Positions 1 to 10,683 of a stretch of 37,389 nt of DNA are shown in pieces. Each line of letters starts with the position of its first letter. Positions within the stretch are counted from its first letter, which is position 1. Below the pieces are notes generated by a model, which saw nothing but the letters and a program-made list of their open reading frames with translations, was not told where the DNA came from and searched no databases. The DNA comes from Octopus bimaculoides (taxonomy: Eukaryota), in assembly GCF_001194135.2 (NCBI RefSeq), contig NC_068985.1, positions 95,957,073 to 95,994,461 on the forward strand, in the 5' to 3' direction. The position numbers were made by a program, and so were the translations under genes.

Positions 1-40
<40 letters not shown>

Positions 41-91
41 ACGGGCTTCTTTCTCAAATATTTACCTCTATTTAACCATCTCACATATTCT

Positions 92-131
92 CTGATGAAG
101 GGATATCCATAATATCCCAGAAACAGCTGTA
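92..131 (+). ncRNA. Hammerhead-ribozyme-like motif (Penelope-like element terminal-repeat relic)
   Basis: CTGATGA (92-98), perfect stem GGGATAT/ATATCCC (100-106/112-118), GAAA (120-123), minimal stem III AC-AGCT-GT with palindromic loop, GTA cleavage triplet (129-131). Stem I is poorly paired and an extra A flanks each side of stem II, so it may be inactive. Confidence 0.5.
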
Positions 132-203
132 AAACTATATCTATATCCTTTTCTTTATAAATGTCCTGAAAACTCCTCACAGCCTTGGCTTAGTTATCTC
201 ATT

Positions 204-450
204 AACATCGGTCGTCAAGCAATGGTGGAGGAACAAACAGACACACATACATACACACACACATACATGCACACACATACACACATAAATACGACAGGCT
301 TCTTTCAGTTACTGTCTACCAGATCCACTCACAAGGCTATGGTTGGCCTGAGGTTATTTGTAAAAGACACTTCCCGAGGTGCCACGCAGTGGGACAGAAC
401 CCGAAGCCATGTGGTTGGTAAGCAAGCTTATTACCACACAGCCACGCGTA
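204..450 (-). mobile_element. tRNA-derived SINE, family A (5' two-thirds)
   Basis: Reverse complement gives GTGGCTGTGTGGTAA (A box) and GGTTCTGTCCCACTGCGTGGCAC (B-box region), then the conserved core and an internal (TG)n tract; same sequence as copies at 18081 and 21580. Confidence 0.85.
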
Positions 451-452
451 TA

Positions 453-720
453 GCATGCATATATGTTTGTATGTGTGTATGTATGTACATATGTATGTAT
501 GTACATACGTATGTATGTACATATGTATGTATGTACATATGTATGTATGTACATACGTATGTATGTACATATGTATGTATGTACATATGTATGTATGTAT
601 CCATCTATAAATGTTTGCATGAATCTATGTGTATATACATGTGTATATATGCATTTATCTGCTTATATATCTATGTATGCATGCACGCGTCTGTACATAT
701 GTACGGGTATGTATGCATAT
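453..720. repeat. (TATG)n/(TACA)n compound microsatellite with a ~48-bp higher-order unit
   Basis: Recurring palindrome TATGTACATA; ORF track shows MYVHTYVCTYVCMYIC repeated. Confidence 0.85.
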
Positions 721-1135
721 AAACTACGGTCGTTGCTCAAGATCGAAGATGACTTGGTACGCTGTAAAATTCTTTTGCAAACTGTTTTAGGTACCTCCCT
801 AGTCGCGAGCGTACCACGAGCGACCTGATGCTATGCTAAGATGCATTTACTCAATATGCTACGCCACGCCTCGTGATTGCGATATGAACTTTACAATCAA
901 CCACAATGGGTCTACAATTTGGCTGCTATTTATAGCATGTCGAGCGACTACGAAAAAGCTCGCTCTATTTTTATTAGCCGATGTTGTTATTATTGAGCGT
1001 ACATTATCGATACAACAATAATAAACAACACAATAGTGATCAAATGATCGATAATTTCATTGATTCACCCCGATATGACCAGATGGCAAGTGGATTATTT
1101 TATGCTACAATGCATAAGCATACGTTCAAGCATTC

Positions 1136-1146
1136 GCGCACGCACG

Positions 1147-1186
<40 letters not shown>
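1136..1186. repeat. (CACG)n-(CA)n microsatellite
   Basis: Seen directly. Confidence 0.95.
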
Positions 1187-1188
<2 letters not shown>

Positions 1189-1292
1189 TGCACTCATGTT
1201 TGCAAATATATGTACTTACGTATATAATTGTTTGAGTCTACATAACACAAACACACACATACGTTCATTGCAGTTACACTCGCACATGTATG

Positions 1293-1302
1293 TGTGTGTG
1301 TG

Positions 1303-1387
<85 letters not shown>

Positions 1388-1470
1388 ATGTATGTACGTA
1401 TGTATGTATGTATGTATGTATGTATGTATGTATGTATGTATGTATGTATGTATGTATGTATGTATATATA
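1293..1470. repeat. Compound tetranucleotide microsatellite (TCTA)n-(TCTG)n-(TATG)n ending at a gap
   Basis: Seen directly. Confidence 0.95.
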
Positions 1471-1811
1471 NNNNNNNNNNNNNNNNNNNNNNNNNNNNNN
1501 NNNNNNNNNNNNNNNNNNNNNNNNNNNNNNNNNNNNNNNNNNNNNNNNNNNNNNNNNNNNNNNNNNNNNNNNNNNNNNNNNNNNNNNNNNNNNNNNNNNN
1601 NNNNNNNNNNNNNNNNNNNNNNNNNNNNNNNNNNNNNNNNNNNNNNNNNNNNNNNNNNNNNNNNNNNNNNNNNNNNNNNNNNNNNNNNNNNNNNNNNNNN
1701 NNNNNNNNNNNNNNNNNNNNNNNNNNNNNNNNNNNNNNNNNNNNNNNNNNNNNNNNNNNNNNNNNNNNNNNNNNNNNNNNNNNNNNNNNNNNNNNNNNNN
1801 NTTTATTCAAC

Positions 1812-1988
1812 AAATTTTATTCAACAAAAATAATAACAATATTTTGCAAAAACATTTTTAAATAACGGTCTGACCATCTGCCAAGCAAATGAGAAGCAGT
1901 AATTGAAGTTGATGGTGAATATGCTCCGGAATAATCATTTAAAGATGTTTTTGTCACATGTTGTTATTGTTTTTGTTGAATAAAATTT
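1812..1988. mobile_element. Foldback / MITE-like element with 54-bp inverted repeats
   Basis: Arms 1812-1865 and 1935-1988 match 47/54 as reverse complements; the 69-bp spacer has extra pairing (ACCATC/GATGGT). Confidence 0.6.
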
Positions 1989-2061
1989 ATTGAAAAAAAG
2001 CCACAATAATTATGCACCAACCCAATATATCAATGTATGTATGTATGTATGTATGTATGCA

Positions 2062-2248
2062 TTTGTGTCTTGACAACCGATGTTGGTGTGTTTTCATTCC
2101 CGTAACCTAGCGTTTCGGCTAAATAAAACCGATAGAATAAGTACTAGGCTTAGAAAGAGTAAGTCTTGGAATTGATTTGTTCGACTAAAAGCGGTGCTCC
2201 AGCATGACCGCAGTAAAATGACCGAAGCAATTAAATGAACAAAAGAAT
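2062..2248 (+). mobile_element. SINE family A, 3' half
   Basis: TTGACAACCGATGTTGGTGTG...GATAGAATAAGTACTAGGCTT...GCGGTGCTCCAGCATG tail shared with other copies. Confidence 0.85.
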
Positions 2249-2600
2249 ATATGTACAAACGCATAGGTGTGTATTTGCTTGAGTTCACGAGCTTCTGTAA
2301 CATACAATATATATACACTCATATACTTGGGTGTGTACATAAAATATATGAAAATCTTTTTGTGTTCCGCTATGAGCTAATATAATATTTATGCCTGTAT
2401 AAATGCATACATAGGTGTATATATTTGCATCTCTAAGTGTCTGTATGAGCTTGCATAAAACAATCCTCATACGCAAATACGTACGTGGGTGTATATATTT
2501 GTGGTAGTGTATGCGTTTTCATAATATACATATACAAATATATATATACATGGGCGTATATATTTGTGTTCTTGCATGAGCTCCCATAATACATATAAAG

Positions 2601-2602
<2 letters not shown>

Positions 2603-2671
<69 letters not shown>
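2603..2671. repeat. (CA)n microsatellite ending at a gap
   Basis: Seen directly. Confidence 0.95.
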
Positions 2672-3747
2672 NNNNNNNNNNNNNNNNNNNNNNNNNNNNN
2701 NNNNNNNNNNNNNNNNNNNNNNNNNNNNNNNNNNNNNNNNNNNNNNNNNNNNNNNNNNNNNNNNNNNNNNNNNNNNNNNNNNNNNNNNNNNNNNNNNNNN
2801 NNNNNNNNNNNNNNNNNNNNNNNNNNNNNNNNNNNNNNNNNNNNNNNNNNNNNNNNNNNNNNNNNNNNNNNNNNNNNNNNNNNNNNNNNNNNNNNNNNNN
2901 NNNNNNNNNNNNNNNNNNNNNNNNNNNNNNNNNNNNNNNNNNNNNNNNNNNNNNNNNNNNNNNNNNNNNNNNNNNNNNNNNNNNNNNNNNNNNNNNNNNN
3001 NNNNNNNNNNNNNNNNNNNNNNNNNNNNNNNNNNNNNNNNNNNNNNNNNNNNNNNNNNNNNNNNNNNNNNNNNNNNNNNNNNNNNNNNNNNNNNNNNNNN
3101 NNNNNNNNNNNNNNNNNNNNNNNNNNNNNNNNNNNNNNNNNNNNNNNNNNNNNNNNNNNNNNNNNNNNNNNNNNNNNNNNNNNNNNNNNNNNNNNNNNNN
3201 NNNNNNNNNNNNNNNNNNNNNNNNNNNNNNNNNNNNNNNNNNNNNNNNNNNNNNNNNNNNNNNNNNNNNNNNNNNNNNNNNNNNNNNNNNNNNNNNNNNN
3301 NNNNNNNNNNNNNNNNNNNNNNNNNNNNNNNNNNNNNNNNNNNNNNNNNNNNNNNNNNNNNNNNNNNNNNNNNNNNNNNNNNNNNNNNNNNNNNNNNNNN
3401 NNNNNNNNNNNNNNNNNNNNNNNNNNNNNNNNNNNNNNNNNNNNNNNNNNNNNNNNNNNNNNNNNNNNNNNNNNNNNNNNNNNNNNNNNNNNNNNNCTCG
3501 ACTATAATTCTGTTGCCAGGCAATCGAATATAAAATCATAAGTGAAATAGAAGAATACAAATAAACGAGTGATGGTCGATTGCGTCATTGACAAATAGTA
3601 AATACAGATTGTTAATAAAGCTGAATAAATTATTTAGCAGTGACGAAATGAAGTGTAACTTTTCGGACAAGAACCTTTCGTCAACAAAAATAAAAACAAA
3701 AAAACCCCCAGAAAAATCCGACAGATATAAACATACATACACACATA

Positions 3748-4140
3748 GGTGCAGGCGCGGCCGTGAAAAGTTTACTTCCTAATCACATAGTAATAGGTTC
3801 AGTCCCACTTCGTGGTGCCTTGAGCAAATGTCTCCTATTATGGTCTCAGGCCGACCAAAGTCGTGAGAGTAGATTTGGTAGACGGAAAGTGAAAGAAGCC
3901 CGCAGTATACCTGTGTGTGTGTGTATGTGTGTGTGTGTTTGTCCCCCCCATCAGCGCTTGACAACGGGTGTTGGTGAGTTTATGTCCCTGTAGTATAGCA
4001 GTTCGGCAAGAGTGACCGATGGAATGGGTACAATGCTTTAAAAAAGTACTGGGGTTGAATCTTTTGGTTAAAAGTTCAAGACGCTGCCTTAGCATGGCCG
4101 CAGTCTAATGACTCAAACAAAAGATAATAAAAGATAAATA
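3748..4140 (+). mobile_element. SINE family A, near full length, diverged
   Basis: tRNA-like head (GGTTCAGTCCCACTTCGTGG), core, (TG)n tract, tail GCATGGCCGCAGTCTAATGACTCAAACAAAAGATA. Confidence 0.85.
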
Positions 4141-4331
4141 CATACATACATACATAATACATACTTACATACATACATGCATACATACAGACGGACATAA
4201 ACACATAATGTTTATATACTTTCATATATACATACATATATACAGATAAATTGACAGACAGCTGGACAGACAGACAGATTGACGGGCAGACAGATAATAA
4301 ATTTACATTTGTACCTGTAATTACACTACGC

Positions 4332-4385
4332 CAGGATTTCCCAACTCTTTTATTTAAATGGGTTTTCCCACAGACCCCTTTTAAT
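4332..4385 (+). mobile_element. Possible hAT-type MITE left end
   Basis: CAGGATTTCCCAACTCTTT...CACAGACCCCTT resembles hAT/Charlie-like termini (CAGGGGTTCCCAACCTTT); no partner TIR or TSD confirmed. Confidence 0.3.
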
Positions 4386-4419
4386 ATGCTTATCCTTATG
4401 TATATATACATATATATTG

Positions 4420-5127
4420 TATCAGGTCATCCCATAAGTTCTGTCCGATTTTACCTTTTTAAAAATTGAATGAAATTTAATAGTATTTTAGAATGTCTGA
4501 TGGAATTAAAAATTATTTTTACGCATTTGTGTACATTTAAACTAATTAAATATCATTTTACATTTCATTAAAACCCTTTCTAACATGGAAGTATCCAAAG
4601 AGCATTTAAGGCACATAATGCTTTATGAGAACAAAAAAGGAAACTCTGCGGCCGAAGCGACTCGAAACATACCCTCAGTTTATGGGAAAGAGTGCTTGAA
4701 TGAAAAAACTTGCAGAAGATGGCTTGCATAATTCAGAAGTGGAGATTTCAGCCTTGAAGATGAAGATCGAACAGGACGTCCAGTTGAGTTTGATGATAAG
4801 CTCCTTGAGGCATTACTTAAAGAATATCCTGCATTATCAGTTGAAGAATTGGCAATAAAGCTTAGTTCAAACCATACAACTGTACATCGCCATCTTCAAC
4901 AACTTGGAAAGGTTCTTAAACTTGGAAAATGGGTGCCTCATGAATTGTACGAAAGCAACCGCAAATCCCAAGTTGACATATGCTCTTCTCTCCATTCTCG
5001 CGAACTCATTTTACCCTTTTTGGATAGACTTGTTACTGGTGACGAAAAATGGATTTTCTATCGAAATGTTAAATGTCATAAACAGTGGCTTGGTAGAAGG
5101 GAAAAGCTCAACCACAACCGAAAAGGG
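4420..5127 (+). mobile_element. Mariner DNA transposon relic, 5' half with left TIR
   Basis: TA then TCAGGTCATCCCATAAGTTCTGTCCG (mariner-like TIR, 4422), followed by transposase coding sequence. Ends at a 19-N gap; no right TIR found in the window. Confidence 0.9.
4585..5127 (+). pseudogene. Mariner (DD34D-type) transposase pseudogene fragment
   Basis: ATG 4585: MEVSKEHLRHIMLYE...TCRRWLA*FRSGDFSLEDEDRTGRP...GKWVPHEL...DRLVTGDEKWIFY. Contains WVPHEL and the first catalytic D (TGDEKW); in-frame TAA at 4729-4731. Confidence 0.93.
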
Positions 5128-5188
5128 NNNNNNNNNNNNNNNNNNNCACCTAATGCAACAATCTTGTCTACAATGATAATAATAATAT

Positions 5189-5399
5189 TGGTTTCAAATT
5201 TTGACGCAGAGCCAGTGATTTCGGGGGAAGGAATAAGTAGGTTACATCGAGCCCAGTACACAACTGGTACCTATTTTATCGATCTCGAAAGGATGAAAGG
5301 TAAAGTGAACCTCGGCGGAATTTGAACTCAGAACGTATAGACAAACGAAACGCCGCTAAGCATATTGCCGACGTGCTAATGATTCTGCCAGCTCGCCAC
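5189..5399 (-). mobile_element. tRNA-derived SINE, family B
   Basis: Reverse complement: GTGGCGAGCTGGCAGAATC...GAGTTCAAATTCCGCCGAGG...CCTTTCATCCTTTCGAGATCGATAAAATAGGTACCAG, with an (ATT)n-like tail. Confidence 0.85.
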
Positions 5400-5417
5400 T
5401 TTAATGATCATAACATC

Positions 5418-5632
5418 GGTTTCAAATTTTGGCACAAGACCAGCAGTTTTTTGGGGGAAGGGGCTAAATCGATAACGCCTGTCCCAGTGTTCAACTGGTA
5501 CTTATTCTATTGACCCCGAAAGGATGAAAGGCAAAGTCGCCCGCGACAGCATTTGAGCCCAGAACGTAAAGACGGATGAAATGCCGCCAGGCATTTTTTC
5601 CGGTGTGCTAACGACTGTGCCAGCTCACCGCT
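5418..5632 (-). mobile_element. SINE family B (tandem with previous copy)
   Basis: Same head, central domain and TGTGCCAAAATTTGAAACC tail. Confidence 0.85.
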
Positions 5633-6363
5633 TTTATAACAATAACAGTATTGAGTGGGGAGGGTCATAAACCGGATATTGGAATTAGACAATGGACTAA
5701 GATAAATATTTAGCAAAGCTCGTGGCGTATCTCACACTTAACGATCATAAAATAAATTTTGCTTCTCATTTTAAGTGTAGATAAATATATCAACCGAAAA
5801 AAAAAAGAGATAAGATTAGTCATGGGGCAGAATTAAAAATAACACCATGAGTGCACGAGACTTTAACAATGGTATAATGGTAGTTTAGTAATTATCTGGT
5901 TTAAAAGAATTAATAACAAGTAGGACACTGTTAAACTGAATGAACCTGGCGCCATGATTTGTTATTATCCTTTCGTTTTTATCCTTTGATTTCTTAAGCT
6001 CTACTCATCACCGCCTTAGACCAGAATATAGCGCCAAAATATATAACAATATAGACGACAATGATATATAAATAGTTATGCATATTAGAAGGTGTCTGGT
6101 CTTCGATCAAGAGTCTGCCAAAGAAAATTATTCTTAAATGGAGATAAGCGTAAACCGTGTTGTAATTCAATGAGAAACTTACATCTATTAATATTCATTC
6201 TTGTCATTTACTCATAGTCTTCAGCAACCGAATTGGGAACATCTGTAGAACAATCTCCGATCTCTCATCAAATACAGAAATCTTCGTTATGGTGATCCCT
6301 TATTATATTACTGCTTTAGAAATCTTCAGATTTAAAGATACATTTACATCTCTACCTCTACTT

Positions 6364-6600
6364 CCGTTCACTGAAAACAAACCACCATTGAGGATACCGA
6401 TGTTATCATATGCTTGCCATCCATTACTGACTATGTGAGGCCCAGGCAAAATCCACCTTTGTATCAACTCAGTTAAAGTTTCTTCTGTGCGCTCAGGTAC
6501 TTCGACCAAAAAACACTTTCTTGAGACTCTCTCTCTCTCTCTGTCACCGAATACCCAATGTCCCTTTGTTTCTTTTACTATTTATCTCCCCCTTAATTTT
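6364..6600 (-). pseudogene. Merlin (IS1016/ISXO2-like) DDE transposase fragment
   Basis: One frame reads KLRGR*IVKETKGHWVFGDRERERVSRKCFLVEVPERTEETLTELIQRWILPGPHIVSNGWQAY, matching the Merlin pattern RGR..G.WVFG.IER....F.V.V..R...TL...I...ILPG..I.SDGW.AY. Catalytic D of SDGW is changed to N. Confidence 0.85.
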
Positions 6601-7208
6601 TATTTACTTTTTCTATATAACTAAACCGAACAATTACCCGATCATTTAATAACAAAATTTATAGCAAAGGCGATTGTGTACAGAAAAAAAAGAAGAAAAA
6701 AAAGAAATTCAGATGGTACCGAAGAAATATTTAGCGCACGCAGGAAATAAATTTAAAATCGGTCTTACAACACACACTCACTCCTTTAGATACAGAGAAA
6801 GAATAATTCTACCATCCTCTCGCAGTAAGTTTGGAAACTGAAGGATAGTGGAATTGAAAACATTCCTACCAGAAGGAGCATTGTTTTAGTAACATCGCCA
6901 TGTTTCAACGAATGAAGAGAAGCAGCTTAACATCTGGTCGATAATTGATTGGAACATCTTGTCACAAATCCTTCACTATAGGAATCGAAACAAAAATGCA
7001 GAGATTTTCTTTGTTTAAGCACACGAAAAAAATTTGTAAAAGAATGCAATCATAAGCCAAGTAACTAACTCTGCTATTCTTTGCATAGATTGTTGGCTAC
7101 AGGCAATCTATAGCACCAATGTAGAGGTATTACATCATATATAGCATTACATTACACACCTGTCCACCATCAGCTCTCACATAGTTGTATCTCTCTGTAT
7201 GCATAACT

Positions 7209-7290
7209 CGGGACTATAATAAAAGACATTTGCCCAAGACGCTGTGCAGCGAGATTGAACCCGAAACCACGAGCTTTTAACTACAGAACC
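7209..7290 (-). mobile_element. SINE family A head fragment
   Basis: Reverse complement: GGTTTCGGGTTCAATCTCGCTGCACAGCGTCTTGGGCAAATGTCTTTTATTATAGTCCC. Confidence 0.65.
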
Positions 7291-7378
7291 AATTTTTAAT
7301 ATTATGGTATCAGTTAACAGAAAGCATGACTGATGATGCATTGAGGCTCAGTATAATTTCATTCATATAAGCCCTCGT

Positions 7379-7722
7379 GTGAAGGCGCATGACTCAGTGA
7401 TTAGAGTGTCGAGCTTACGATCGTGAGGTTGTGAGTTCGAATTCCAGACCGGGCTGCGTGTTGTGTTCTTGAGCAAGACACTTTATTTCGCGTTGCTCCA
7501 GTTCAGTCAGCTGTAGAAATTAGTTGTAACATCTCTGGTGCCAAGCTGTATCAGCCCCTTTACCTTTCCTTTGGATAACATCAGCGATGTGGAGAGGGGA
7601 GGCTGGTATGCATGGGCGACTGCTGGTCTTCCAAAAACAACCTTGCCCGGACTTGTGCCTCGGAGGGTAACTTTCTAGGTGCAATCCCATGGTTATTCAT
7701 GACCGAAGGGGTCTCCTCCTCC
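7379..7722 (+). mobile_element. tRNA-derived SINE, family C, full length with 13-bp TSD
   Basis: A box GACTCAGTGATTAG, B box GAGTTCGAATTCC, core TGTGTTCTTGAGCAAGACACTT, (CCT)n tail; flanked by TATAAGCCCTCGT at 7366-7378 and 7723-7735. Confidence 0.92.
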
Positions 7723-7899
7723 TATAAGCCCTCGTCTTCTTGAATAATTTCCATAAAAAATTGAACATGGAGGTGCTAATCCACATAAACATCAAAAAGA
7801 GGGTACATACCGGGTGGGGATAGCACAAGAAAGTAAGGATACTAAACGACTGACAAAAAAAAAAAAAGATCTTTTTGAAGTAAACACATGAGGGGAGTG

Positions 7900-7958
7900 C
7901 TTTATATTACGCCATTCGTTAAAGGGAATGCTGAGCTATAAAAGCTTGAGAATCACTG
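7900..7958 (+). mobile_element. Possible hAT-type MITE right end
   Basis: AAAGCTTGAGAATCACTG resembles the hAT right terminus AAAGGTTGAGAACCACTG; no matching left end or TSD found. Confidence 0.35.
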
Positions 7959-9316
7959 CCATAGAATAAAAGGTATTTCTACAAAACTTTGTCTCATCTT
8001 CCTGTATGCTAGTCTTCATATTTAAGTCGGTCATTAATTTTGGATATGGAACTCGGTCTCAAGCAATGACTACTTCAGACATCTACACTAGTTATTCTGA
8101 AGTGTCGAAACGAACTAAGCTGCTTTGATATATTTGATAGTCTAGTAGCTGAGCTGTGTTTTAGATACACTGTCTCGCCATTACAGTGAAAAATGTCAAA
8201 TTCACAACATGGCAGCTACAAGTTATGAATAAAAACTTTTCGGTGAGAGCGTGGAAATCGATATACATGAAAATCAATACAAGACTTGAAAGGAAGTATC
8301 TGGTGTTTATTGTAAACGAATCGTCATCAAATTTATCAATTGTATTATCCGCTGAATTTGTTCGCTAAAATTACAAACAAAAACGACCAGCACTAGTATG
8401 CGAATATATACAAATACATATATATGCATACATACACGCGTGCGTGTGTGTATTAATATTCCGATGGAAATAAGGTCAGATTAGCAGGCAACGCCGACAG
8501 AAGTAAATGGCAAATGTTATTGAGACAGTGGCAACCGTCAGTATGAATAGCCTTATTAGCTTACACTGTTTGATCTTATGATACTGATTGGTCGAGCGGC
8601 AAATGGGATTTCTTGTGATAGCAGTATATTGTGCAATGAATTGTGCGATGGTATCGTTGATGGTAGCAGTATGTACGTAATGTGGAGACATCGGGGTATT
8701 GGGTGGGTGTTGTGGTTGTGAGTTCTGTGTCAACTCTGATGAGAATTCTTCTGATAAAAGGCATTCCAATTGTGCCCATCCCATTTTCTTTCTATTCAAT
8801 GTGTCATTTCATAAAACGCTAGCACCAGTTGAGGAAAAATTTAGCTGCTGTTCCTAAGAGGTCGACCAACCGAATAAAAGCTTCGTTGTTGGTTTGTAAT
8901 TGAAAGACGGCGGCGGTGGGTGGCATGGTAGGGAAATATGAAAGTGACATTTTCAAAAATGTTGGGATGTTGTCAGTATGGGTGTCGGATGAAGGGAGGT
9001 GGGGGAAAAGGGGCCACTGAAGAAAGAATGTCAATGCCAAATAACAAAGAAGTAGTTCTATTCTTTATTGCAGTTATATGAGTACGTCTGCAAACTCATT
9101 TGCGATTTTACTTGCTAGTGGTTAGTTGGCTTTTTATATACTCGTTTCCTCGAATTCACCAGTGTGTATAAGTGATTTACTGTGGGTCTTGAGCCATTTG
9201 GCCTCTTATTTCTTGCAATGCTGTGTACTATCCTGTAAATTAATAATTTTACGTTTTTGGTTATTTAATGCTTGCTAGCCACTTTTATTATTGATAATAT
9301 CTTTATATATTTTCTC

Positions 9317-9540
9317 TGTGTGAGTGTGCGTGTGCATGTGTTTGTCTTTGTGTCTGCTTGACAACCAGTGTCGGTGTTTGTACATCCCCATGACGTAGCG
9401 GTTCGACGAAAGGGACCGATAGAATAAGTGTCCGGCTTGAACACAAAAATAAAGTACTGGAGTCGATTCACTCGACAAAAAAAAAAAAAAATCCTTCAAG
9501 GCGGTGCTCCAGCATGGCAGCAGTCGAATGACTGGAACGG
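9317..9540 (+). mobile_element. SINE family A, 3' half
   Basis: (TG)n, CTTGACAACCAGTGTCGGTGT, GATAGAATAAG, GGCGGTGCTCCAGCATGG. Confidence 0.85.
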
Positions 9541-9864
9541 TTTTTTCTTTAAGGATAAACACACAAACAAGTAAATACACTCACAAATATCCAGTGAAGC
9601 AAATCAAAACTAAAAATAATCTATATCTATAGTGTTCTGAACTCTTTTTTTTTTGTCTCAACGAACGAATATTTCTTTCTGATTGGACCTTTTTAATGGC
9701 CTCCATATGAAATACGTTAACGATCATTTACCTTTAAGTCACCTAACGTCAGTCTGTTTGTCGATCTGTCTGTCAATCAGTCTGTCTGTGTGTCCGAGTT
9801 AATCAATGCCAATATGTGCGTCATTCGACCGGTCCGTTGAGTAAAGGAACAACTCTGTGAAAAG

Positions 9865-10013
9865 AGAGAAAAGAGAAAGAGAGAGATAGAGTGAGAGAGC
9901 AGAGAAGATAGTTGTAAGGAAGAGGTGACAGGGAGAGAGAAAGAAAGAGAGAAAAACAGAAAGACAAAGAAAGTGAGAGAGAGAGAGAGATAAATATATA
10001 TATATATATATGT
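9865..10013. repeat. (GA)n-rich purine tract then (TA)n
   Basis: Seen directly. Confidence 0.85.
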
Positions 10014-10124
10014 NNNNNNNNNNNNNNNNNNNNNNNNNNNNNNNNNNNNNNNNNNNNNNNNNNNNNNNNNNNNNNNNNNNNNNNNNNNNNNNNNNNNNNN
10101 NNNNNNNNNNNNNATATATATATA

Positions 10125-10336
10125 TACATGCGTGTGTCTTTGTGTCTGTGTTTGTCTCTGCACCATTGCTTGACAATCGGTGTTGGTATGTTTATGTCCC
10201 CATAACTTAGTGGTTTGACGGAAGAAAGCAATAGAATAAGTACCAGGCATAAAAAATGTATTGGGTCGATTCGTTCAACTAAAATTCTCTAAGGCGTGAT
10301 TGCAGTCTAATGACTGAAACAAGTAAAAGGCAAAAG
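10125..10336 (+). mobile_element. SINE family A, 3' half
   Basis: Same tail sequence, ending GACTGAAACAAGTAAAAG. Confidence 0.85.
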
Positions 10337-10340
10337 ATAA

Positions 10341-10492
10341 TGGCCGAATGGTTAAGTAATTCACTTTGAAATAGAGATATCTCGGGTTCGTTTTCTCATT
10401 GTGGTATCTTCAGTAAATGTTATTTTTAATAGTCTCAGATCGACCTATGAATTGTGAGTGAAATTGAGTAAGTGGATATTGTATAGAAGCCC
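10341..10492 (+). mobile_element. Degenerate SINE family A head
   Basis: TGGCCGAATGGTTAAG (A box), GGGTTCG (B box), decayed core ending TAGAAGCCC. Confidence 0.55.
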
Positions 10493-10632
10493 ATGAGAGG
10501 GATTGCATTCGTAGTTAAAATACGGCCCTGTCCTTTGTCGCACACTGTATGCTGTTGATTTTGTCTGAAAACTGCGTCGAGGGAGCAGATGTACGTAAAA
10601 TGCTACGCGACTTGTACGTTAGTTCAAGAGAT

Positions 10633-10634
10633 CC

Positions 10635-10683
<49 letters not shown>

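Noticed and set aside
799-825. Hairpin next to CTAG resembling a Helitron 3' end
   Set aside because: The hairpin overlaps CTAG, the flank is not T, and no matching 5'-TC end was found.
222-1865. Long ORFs with YVCM, HTHT or LSIY runs (also near 15460-16181 and 32694-34414)
   Set aside because: They are translations of microsatellites and N-gaps, not genes.
7379-7455. tRNA-like sequences with A and B boxes (also 18081, 25955, 31435)
   Set aside because: They are SINE heads continuous with SINE bodies and tails; no full cloverleaf is evident.
4332-7958. One large hAT element bounded by the two hAT-like ends
   Set aside because: Ends match only 13/19 and the flanking 8-mers differ, so there is no TSD.
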